Assembly (NCBI GenBank): GCA_963667565.1
Contig: OY763415.1
Location: forward strand, 1,440,001-1,504,000
Direction: 5' to 3'
Length of the DNA stretch: 64,000 bases
Source: Acholeplasmataceae bacterium
GTDB lineage: Bacteria > Bacillota_I > Bacilli_A > Acholeplasmatales > Acholeplasmataceae
The notes below the pieces were generated by a model, which did no database searches, had not been told where the DNA came from, and was given only the letters and a program-made list of their open reading frames with translations. A program made the translations under genes and the position numbers. Positions 56,670-64,000 of the stretch are shown piece by piece. The stretch's first letter is position 1, and each line of letters starts with the position of its first letter.

Positions 56670-57209
56670 ATGCACAAGGACATTCAAGAAGTTTTAGTTT
56701 CAGCACAAGAAATCGATGAGATTTGTACGAGTCTTGGTCAACAATTGACTAAAGATTATCAAGGTAGTTCTCCACTTCTCGTGGGTTTGCTTAAAGGGTG
56801 TGTCCCTTTCATGTCAGATTTATCTAAAAAAATAGATCTACAATTGGAAGTTGCATATATGTCTGTTAGCAGCTATCATGGTGGCATTAGTTCATCAGGT
56901 AATGTCAAAATCAAAATGGATTTAGATATCTCAATTGAAGGTAGAGACGTTATAATCGTTGAAGATATTGTAGATACAGCAAACACAATCGTAACAATCA
57001 TTAACTTGTTTAAGCATCGTGGTGCTAAAACTGTTAAAGTCGTTACATTATTAGATAAACCAGGTGGAAGAACACAACCATACGAACCTGAATATGTAGG
57101 AAAAGTTATTCCTAAAGCGTTCGTTGTTGGATATGGACTTGATTATGATGAGTTCTATCGCAATCTCCCTTATGTAGGGATTCTAAAACCTGAGGTCTAT
57201 GAAAAATAA
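56670..57209 (+). CDS. hpt: hypoxanthine phosphoribosyltransferase
   Basis: VEDIVDT, FVVGYGLDY, RNLPY. Confidence 0.96.
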   Translation: MHKDIQEVLVSAQEIDEICTSLGQQLTKDYQGSSPLLVGLLKGCVPFMSDLSKKIDLQLEVAYMSVSSYHGGISSSGNVKIKMDLDISIEGRDVIIVEDIVDTANTIVTIINLFKHRGAKTVKVVTLLDKPGGRTQPYEPEYVGKVIPKAFVVGYGLDYDEFYRNLPYVGILKPEVYEK

Positions 57210-57228
57210 TCAAGGGGTGAACATATAG

Positions 57229-59166
57229 ATGAACCAAAAACCAAATAACAACACAAGAAAACCAGAATTTAAAAGAAAACCTGATTACCTAATTATGATT
57301 TTTACAATCATTGTGGTATTTGCAGTTTTCATGTTCATGAGAAATGCTTTTAGTGAACAATCAATTCCTCTTACTACAACTGAATTATATACAGCTGCGG
57401 AAGCTGGAGACATTTCATCATTTTATTATCAACCTGTCGGTGGCGAAAACTTAGATATCGTTAGTGTCTCAGGTACTTTCTTTGAACAATCAGTTCAATA
57501 TTATGGAAATATCCAAAGTTTCACAGGTACAATGCGTATTGATGAGGCAACCGATATTATGGCCATTGTTGAAGCTGAAAGCAGTTCAGCAGAAACTGGC
57601 ATTAAACCTTTATCTTCATTTGACTTAATTACAATCTTAGTTTATATCGTACCTATTATTTTAATGGTTGTTTTCTTATTCTTTATTTTTAGAAATGCAA
57701 ACAGTCAAAATAATAGAGCGTTTGATTTTGCTAAAAATAGAGCTAAATTAAATCGTGAAAAAACAGTCACATTTAAAGATGTTGCTGGTCTTGATGAAGA
57801 AAAAGAGGAAATGGAAGAATTAATTGATTTCCTTAAAACACCTAAAAAATATGTTGATATGGGTGCAAGAATTCCTAAAGGGGTTCTTCTTGTTGGTCAA
57901 CCTGGTACTGGTAAAACTTTAATTGCTAAAGCTGTTGCAGGTGAAGCTAACGTACCATTCTTTTCAATTTCAGGTTCTGATTTTGTTGAAATGTTTGTCG
58001 GTGTTGGTGCTTCTCGTGTTAGAGACTTATTCAAAGTTGCTAAAGAAAACTCACCATGTATCATTTTCATTGATGAAATTGATGCTGTTGGTCGACAACG
58101 TGGTGCTGGTTTTGGTGGTGGACACGATGAACGTGAACAAACACTTAACCAATTACTTGTTGAAATGGATGGATTTACTGGAAATATGGGTATCATCATT
58201 ATGGCTGCAACCAATCGCCCTGATGTCTTAGACCCAGCACTTCTTCGTCCAGGTCGTTTCGATCGTCAAATCACAATCAGTTTACCTGATGTCGCAGGAC
58301 GTGAAGCGATTCTTAAAGTCCATGCTAGAAATAAAAAGTTAGATCCAAAAGTTAAATTAGAAGAGTTTGCAAAACGTATTCCTGGATTTAGTGGCGCAGA
58401 TATTGAAAACTTACTTAATGAGGCTGCATTGCTTGCTGCTAGAGATAATAGAACGATGATTTTATCGCCTGATTTAGATGAGGCTATTGATCGTGTCATG
58501 ATGGGTCCTGCGAAGAAGAGTCGTAAATATAGCGAAGAAGAAAAGAAAACAATTGCTTATCATGAAGCAGGACATGCTGTCATTGGTATAAAAGTACCCG
58601 ATGCTAGTGTTGTACAAAAAGTAACAATTATCCCTCGTGGTCGTGCTGGTGGTTATAACTTAATGACTCCAGAAAAAGAAACCATGTTGAGTACTAAAAA
58701 ACAATTGCTTGCTGAAATCACAAGTTTCCTTGGTGGTCGAGTTGCTGAAGAAATTATGTTTGATACAGTAACAACCGGTGCTTACAATGACTTTGAACGT
58801 GCCACTGCAATCGCTAGAGCTATGGTTACAGAATATGGTATGAGTGAACTAGGACCTATCCAATACGAACAACGTGGTGGTAATGTCTTCTTAGGTCGTG
58901 ACTACTTAAAAGAAAAAAACTTCTCTGACCAAATTGCTCATGAAATTGATACTGCTGTTAGACATATTATTAACAGTTGTTATGAAGAAGCTAGACGTGT
59001 GATTACAGAAAACAAAGTTTTACTTGATCAAATATCATTTTATTTAATCAATGTTGAAACATTAACTAAAGAAGATATTAAAGAAATTACAGAAACAGGC
59101 AAACTTAAATGGTGGGATGATAAAAATCAATCTCATGAACCTAAGTTAGAAATCAATGCGGCTTGA
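57229..59166 (+). CDS. ftsH: ATP-dependent zinc metalloprotease FtsH
   Basis: [27 protein letters not shown]. Confidence 0.97.
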   Translation: MNQKPNNNTRKPEFKRKPDYLIMIFTIIVVFAVFMFMRNAFSEQSIPLTTTELYTAAEAGDISSFYYQPVGGENLDIVSVSGTFFEQSVQYYGNIQSFTGTMRIDEATDIMAIVEAESSSAETGIKPLSSFDLITILVYIVPIILMVVFLFFIFRNANSQNNRAFDFAKNRAKLNREKTVTFKDVAGLDEEKEEMEELIDFLKTPKKYVDMGARIPKGVLLVGQPGTGKTLIAKAVAGEANVPFFSISGSDFVEMFVGVGASRVRDLFKVAKENSPCIIFIDEIDAVGRQRGAGFGGGHDEREQTLNQLLVEMDGFTGNMGIIIMAATNRPDVLDPALLRPGRFDRQITISLPDVAGREAILKVHARNKKLDPKVKLEEFAKRIPGFSGADIENLLNEAALLAARDNRTMILSPDLDEAIDRVMMGPAKKSRKYSEEEKKTIAYHEAGHAVIGIKVPDASVVQKVTIIPRGRAGGYNLMTPEKETMLSTKKQLLAEITSFLGGRVAEEIMFDTVTTGAYNDFERATAIARAMVTEYGMSELGPIQYEQRGGNVFLGRDYLKEKNFSDQIAHEIDTAVRHIINSCYEEARRVITENKVLLDQISFYLINVETLTKEDIKEITETGKLKWWDDKNQSHEPKLEINAA

Positions 59167-59401
59167 TAAATATTTAAAAGTATCTCGAATCATCAAAAGA
59201 CGCACACTTGCAAAAGAAGCTGCAGAACATCAAAAAATCGAGATTAATCACAAATTGTCTAAGCCTTCTGCTTCTGTTACTATAGGTGATATACTCACCT
59301 TGCATCTAGGTGCTAAAACCATTACTGTTAAAGTAACAAGTTTAACATTGATCAAAGATCAATTAATGTATGAACTTTTAAGTGAAGAAAAAAGGCCATA
59401 A
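59156..59401 (+). CDS. S4-domain RNA-binding protein (YabO/RqcP-like)
   Basis: [21 protein letters not shown]. Confidence 0.9.
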   Translation: MRLDKYLKVSRIIKRRTLAKEAAEHQKIEINHKLSKPSASVTIGDILTLHLGAKTITVKVTSLTLIKDQLMYELLSEEKRP

Positions 59402-59456
59402 CTACCATTATGGCTTTTTCTATGATATAATATGATGCGATTAGGAGGTTCACTAT

Positions 59457-60941
59457 ATGAATCTAGAAAACTTAACTGAACAAGAACTCGTTAGACGCGA
59501 GAAAGCGAAAGCTTTAGAAGATCAAGGGGTTGCGCCTTTTGGTCAAAAATATATAAGAACACATAACTCAAAACAAATCTTTGACCTTTATGAATCATTT
59601 GATCATGACCAATTAGAAGAAAAACATGTTGAAGTTTCGATAGCAGGAAGAATTGTATTAAAACGTAGACAGGGTAAAGCTGGTTTTATGCAAATTCAAG
59701 ATCGTGATGGACGCATTCAAGTATATGTGAGAAAAGATATCATTGGTGATGATCCATATGAAATCTTTATCCAATCAGATTTAGGTGATATCGTTGGTAT
59801 CAAAGGTTATGTCTTCAAAACAAATACAGGTGAATTAACTGTAAAAGCTAGTGAATATACTCATTTGACTAAAGCTTTACGTCCACTTCCAGATAAATTT
59901 CATGGCTTACAAGATAAAGAGGAAGCAAGACGTCGTCGCTATGTCGATTTAATTATGAATGATGAAGCAAGAAAGGTTGCTATGGCAAGACCTAAAATCA
60001 TCAGATCTATTCAAAACTATTTTGATTCTCGTGGTTTTATTGAAGTAGAAACACCAGTCCTTCAATCTATTTTAGGTGGTGCTGCTGCTAGACCTTTTAC
60101 GACTCACCATAATGCACTTGATATGGACTTCTATTTAAGAATAGCTACTGAACTTCCTTTAAAACGTTTAATTGTTGGTGGCATGGAGGCTGTTTATGAA
60201 ATTGGTCGTCTATTTAGAAATGAAGGCATGGATGCGAAACATAATCCAGAATTCACAACCATCGAAGCTTATTTAGCATACGCTGATATGGGTGACATGA
60301 TGGATGTCATTGAAGGATGTTTATCTACAGTTGCTTTTGAAACACTTGGTACATATGATGTTACTTTTAATGATGAAGTCATCCATATGCAAGCGCCATT
60401 TAAACGTTGGCACATGGTTGATGCTGTCAAAGAAACATCTGGCGTAGATTTTTGGGTTCATATGACTGATGATGAAGCGAAAGCAATAGCGAAAGCACAT
60501 CACATTGAAGTTGAAAAACATTGGGCATTTGGACATGTAGTTGAAGCTTTCTTTGATAAATATGTTGAACCAGTCATTGTTCAACCTACATTTGTTTATG
60601 GTCATCCAATTGAAATATCTCCACTTGCTAAAAAGAATGCTGATGATGAAAGATTTACAGATCGTTTTGAATTATTTATTATGAAAGCTGAATATGCGAA
60701 TGCATTTAGCGAATTAAATGATCCGATTGATCAAAGAGAAAGATTTGAAAATCAATTGAAGGAAAAAGCTTTAGGAAACGATGAAGCTTCAGAAATGGAT
60801 ATTGATTTTGTCGAAGCATTAGAATATGGTATGCCTCCTACTGGTGGTCTTGGTATTGGTATTGATAGACTTGTTATGTTATTAACTAATACACCAAACA
60901 TCAGAGATGTCATCTTATTCCCTCACTTAAAACATAGATAA
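59457..60941 (+). CDS. lysS: lysine--tRNA ligase (class II)
   Basis: [29 protein letters not shown]. Confidence 0.98.
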   Translation: MNLENLTEQELVRREKAKALEDQGVAPFGQKYIRTHNSKQIFDLYESFDHDQLEEKHVEVSIAGRIVLKRRQGKAGFMQIQDRDGRIQVYVRKDIIGDDPYEIFIQSDLGDIVGIKGYVFKTNTGELTVKASEYTHLTKALRPLPDKFHGLQDKEEARRRRYVDLIMNDEARKVAMARPKIIRSIQNYFDSRGFIEVETPVLQSILGGAAARPFTTHHNALDMDFYLRIATELPLKRLIVGGMEAVYEIGRLFRNEGMDAKHNPEFTTIEAYLAYADMGDMMDVIEGCLSTVAFETLGTYDVTFNDEVIHMQAPFKRWHMVDAVKETSGVDFWVHMTDDEAKAIAKAHHIEVEKHWAFGHVVEAFFDKYVEPVIVQPTFVYGHPIEISPLAKKNADDERFTDRFELFIMKAEYANAFSELNDPIDQRERFENQLKEKALGNDEASEMDIDFVEALEYGMPPTGGLGIGIDRLVMLLTNTPNIRDVILFPHLKHR

Positions 60942-60946
60942 ATCAT

Positions 60947-60976
60947 AAATAAGTCCTACTAAGGACTTATTTTTTT
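60947..60976 (+). terminator. lysS terminator
   Basis: AAATAAGTCCT-ACTA-AGGACTTATTT followed by T run. Confidence 0.8.
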
Positions 60977-61167
60977 ATCTTTTTTGATACATTTAAAAGT
61001 AAGTTGAACTCTAACATTACAAATAAACCAAAATGGTTGATGTTACTTAAAAGTATTGTGAATTTCATAATTAACCCTATAAATATGTTTTCTTTGCTTT
61101 ACTAACTTTTATGTTTGGTAAACTTTTATGTTTGAAAGGTATCATGTACATGTGATATTTGTCACAT

Positions 61168-61193
61168 AAAAAAAGCCTTCAATGAAGGCTTTT
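61168..61193 (-). terminator. terminator of lipoprotein gene
   Basis: AAAAGCCTTCA-A-TGAAGGCTTTT. Confidence 0.8.
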
Positions 61194-61195
61194 CA

Positions 61196-62248
61196 TTAAG
61201 TTGTTTGAATGAGTGGTGATAAATCAATTGATGGCACCAATGTATATGTATCTGCATCTTTTGGAAGCCCAGGAATATCACTTACATAGTCGAAAACCAA
61301 CAGCATATTCATATTTGAGTCGTGATCGTCATTTAAAACAACATGACCTTCTAATGCAAATTGAACGAGCTTTTCTTCTTCAATTGCAAACACTAGCGAG
61401 ATATCCACACTAGATAACTCTTCATCTAATTGATTGTTAAACTCTGCAATCGCACTATTGATTGCTTCATCTGTAGGAGCAATTTCATGTTCTTGTTGAT
61501 ACATCCAAGTAAACAATGCACCATAATTGTTTTTTAATGTATCTTTCGAGACATCAAACTCTACAAATGTAATCTTACCTGATTGATAGACAGTAAATGC
61601 TTCATACGCATTCATAAGTTCTTCTATGTTTGTACTATTTACTTCAGGTATATCATACATAGAATTTATGAAATTATTTGCGTTAAATGAAGATGACCAG
61701 TCATCTTGTGAAATCATATCTTGTACTTTTTGTTTAGCAGATAAAGAGACCGTTTGTCCTGAAATAGTTCTTTCTAAATCATAATTTAGATACACATCAG
61801 ATTCAAATAAGTATGCACCTAATGAACCATTAAATGTAAATTCAGTATTTGGATAAGTCTCAAGCAATCCACTACTTGATGCCCCATTTGAGAAATATAA
61901 GTTCATTTCTGCATTAAAATTGATTTGAGATTCACTTACTTGATCTGATAACTTGAAATAACCTTCAATATTAAAATCTGTTTGTATTGCTGTTTCTAAT
62001 GTGACAGCTGAAATTGCACTATACTGACTATATAAAATATCTGCATCACCTGAAAAAGTTACTTTATATATATCATTGCTGTTTGCTTCTTCCATTGCTG
62101 TTTCTAACATTTGAGCAACTTCTAAAGTTGACATATCAACAATATCACTTTCATTAAGTTTAGGGTAGTCACCTTCACTTAGTCCATTACAACCTACAAG
62201 CAATATTAAAAGACTCATGACTAAAGACAACATTGCTATTTTTTTCAT
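61196..62248 (-). CDS. hypothetical lipoprotein
   Basis: MKK, hydrophobic core, lipobox LVGC; acidic mature part. Confidence 0.8.
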   Translation of the reverse strand: MKKIAMLSLVMSLLILLVGCNGLSEGDYPKLNESDIVDMSTLEVAQMLETAMEEANSNDIYKVTFSGDADILYSQYSAISAVTLETAIQTDFNIEGYFKLSDQVSESQINFNAEMNLYFSNGASSSGLLETYPNTEFTFNGSLGAYLFESDVYLNYDLERTISGQTVSLSAKQKVQDMISQDDWSSSFNANNFINSMYDIPEVNSTNIEELMNAYEAFTVYQSGKITFVEFDVSKDTLKNNYGALFTWMYQQEHEIAPTDEAINSAIAEFNNQLDEELSSVDISLVFAIEEEKLVQFALEGHVVLNDDHDSNMNMLLVFDYVSDIPGLPKDADTYTLVPSIDLSPLIQTT

Positions 62249-62323
62249 TTTTTCCCTCCTATTTCCTTCTTTACCTTAATTATATCACTTCATATAAAAA
62301 TAAAAGTCCCTTTCGGGGACTTT

Positions 62324-62875
62324 TTAAACAATACCTAATTCATCAGCGATTTCTAAAAATATATCTTGGATTGGATAAAAATCCACTTCCATCTCATTAA
62401 ACATCTCATAAGTCATATGATCTAATTTTTCATACATCTCATTTGGGATTGTTTCTTGATGTTCTAATTTATCCATAACATCACTTTCAAAATCTAGAAG
62501 TTGATTCATATAATTGACATCATAGTCTTCAACACTTAATAATTCATTTTGAAAATCGATTGTACTTAATAATAAATTAACTTCTTTAGAAAACTTTTCA
62601 AGAGATTTAATATCATTTTGATAAGAACCTTTTAATAACTCAAGAATCTTATCCATTTGATCAAATAAATAATAAAACCCTGTTTGAAATATTTCATCTT
62701 GTTCTTCTGAATACTCAGGATTATCAATCAATTGATCATATAAATAATCAGTGACATCAAAGATATGTTTAAATCTTAATATAAGATCTGAATCATTTTC
62801 ACGCAAATACTTAATTAGATCGTTTTGTTCTAATTTCCAATTTGCATATTCATGATATACCAATTCATCTTTCAT
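62324..62875 (-). CDS. hypothetical acidic protein
   Basis: 183-aa ORF with GAGGTG RBS, downstream of fba. Confidence 0.7.
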   Translation of the reverse strand: MKDELVYHEYANWKLEQNDLIKYLRENDSDLILRFKHIFDVTDYLYDQLIDNPEYSEEQDEIFQTGFYYLFDQMDKILELLKGSYQNDIKSLEKFSKEVNLLLSTIDFQNELLSVEDYDVNYMNQLLDFESDVMDKLEHQETIPNEMYEKLDHMTYEMFNEMEVDFYPIQDIFLEIADELGIV

Positions 62876-62894
62876 TTAGTCACCTCTTAATTTA

Positions 62895-63758
62895 TTAAGC
62901 TTTGTTGATTGAACCAAACATTTCTAATTTGTCTTTAACAACAGCTTTCATTGCTTCATAACCTGGGTTAAGTAATTTTCTTGGGTCAAAACCTTTACCT
63001 TCTAAGTCTTTGCCAGCTTCAACATATTTTCTTGTTGCTGCAGCAAATGCTAATTGTAATTCAGTGTTTACATTAATTTTTGAAACACCTAATGAAATAG
63101 CTTTTTTAACTTGGTCAGCAGGAATACCTGTACCACCATGTAATACTAATGGGATACCACCAGTTACATCTTGAACTTCTTTTAAAGTTTCGAAATTTAA
63201 TCCTTGCCAGTTTGCAGGATATTTACCATGAATATTACCAATACCAGCAGCAAACATATCTACACCAGTTTCAGCAATTGTTTTACATTCAACTGGATCA
63301 GCAATTTCACCCATACCGATAACGCCATCTTCTTCTCCACCAATAGAACCTACTTCAGCTTCAACTGAAACGCCTTTTGCATGACAAGCAGCAACGACTT
63401 CTTTAGTTTTTGCTAAGTTTTCTTCAAATGGATAGTGTGAACCATCAAACATAATTGATGTGAATCCAGCTTCTAGAGCTTTGAATGCACCTTCATATGA
63501 ACCGTGGTCTAAATGGATTGCTACAGGAACTGTAACACCATAAAATTCATCTAATGCTTTAACTAATGCAACAACTGTTTTATAGCCACCCATATATTTA
63601 GCAGCACCTTCAGATACACCTAAAATCACTGGTGATTGAAGTTCTTGAACTGTTGTTAATACAGCTTTAATCCATTCTAAATTGTTGATGTTGATTTGGG
63701 CAACACCATACCCTTCTTTGTGTGCTTTGATAAGCATGTCTCTTGCAGACACTAACAT
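62895..63758 (-). CDS. fba: class II fructose-bisphosphate aldolase
   Basis: HLDHG, MFDGS, GNIHG, LVLHGGTG, KINVNT. Confidence 0.96.
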   Translation of the reverse strand: MLVSARDMLIKAHKEGYGVAQININNLEWIKAVLTTVQELQSPVILGVSEGAAKYMGGYKTVVALVKALDEFYGVTVPVAIHLDHGSYEGAFKALEAGFTSIMFDGSHYPFEENLAKTKEVVAACHAKGVSVEAEVGSIGGEEDGVIGMGEIADPVECKTIAETGVDMFAAGIGNIHGKYPANWQGLNFETLKEVQDVTGGIPLVLHGGTGIPADQVKKAISLGVSKINVNTELQLAFAAATRKYVEAGKDLEGKGFDPRKLLNPGYEAMKAVVKDKLEMFGSINKA

Positions 63759-63853
63759 ATTCAATTTCCTCCTTGAGTTTTGTCATATCTATTATATTAC
63801 AAACTACGTTTGTATTCAATTCATTAAAACTTGTAACCGTTCTTATTTGTCTA

Positions 63854-64000
63854 TTATTTCGAATTTTGTGAAATAATGGCACCTATAAAGTCCCTAAATA
63901 AAGGATGTGGACGTAAAGGTCTTGATAAAAACTCTGGATGAAACTGTACAGCAACAAACCAAGGGTGGTCTTTTAATTCAATCATTTCGACTAAATTATG
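63854..64000 (-). CDS. pyrG: CTP synthase C-terminus (partial)
   Basis: Manual translation ..[33 protein letters not shown].. Confidence 0.93.
   Translation of the reverse strand, partial: HNLVEMIELKDHPWFVAVQFHPEFLSRPLRPHPLFRDFIGAIISQNSK

Overview
Low-GC window from an Acholeplasmataceae-like (Mollicutes/Bacilli) chromosome. It uses genetic code 11, with TGA as stop. Taxonomy is inferred from the short 5S rRNA, the tRNA cluster order and the gene content. Most genes lie on the - strand. Contents: the S10-spc ribosomal protein operon (rpsJ to rplO) with its leader; a degenerate PTS Enzyme I-like gene, a ROK kinase, a FabT-like MarR regulator and DegV; a full rRNA operon (tRNA-Tyr, 16S, Ile/Ala, 23S, 5S) followed by 11 tRNAs; mnmG-rsmG-parA-parB; tkt; SRP RNA, tadA, tdk, rpmE; an atypical Rnf/flavinylation locus; glyA, yebC, ppa, folD, fhs, pflAB; hflX, dusB, hslO; a glucoside-utilisation cluster; maf, tilS-hpt-ftsH, lysS, fba and partial pyrG. 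No mobile element or CRISPR array was seen. Three candidates for undescribed biology stand out. (1) A guanine-type riboswitch aptamer in tandem with an unassigned structured RNA and a terminator upstream of ppa. (2) An Rnf operon with a ferredoxin-less 105-aa RnfB, an extra 4-Cys membrane microprotein and an extra double-FMN surface protein, followed by ApbE/FmnB, NusG-II and Gx-transporter genes like those of flavin-based extracellular electron transfer loci. (3) An Enzyme I-like pseudo-enzyme that has lost its phospho-His and catalytic Cys but keeps its PEP-binding residues. All calls come from motif recognition by eye; no searches were run.
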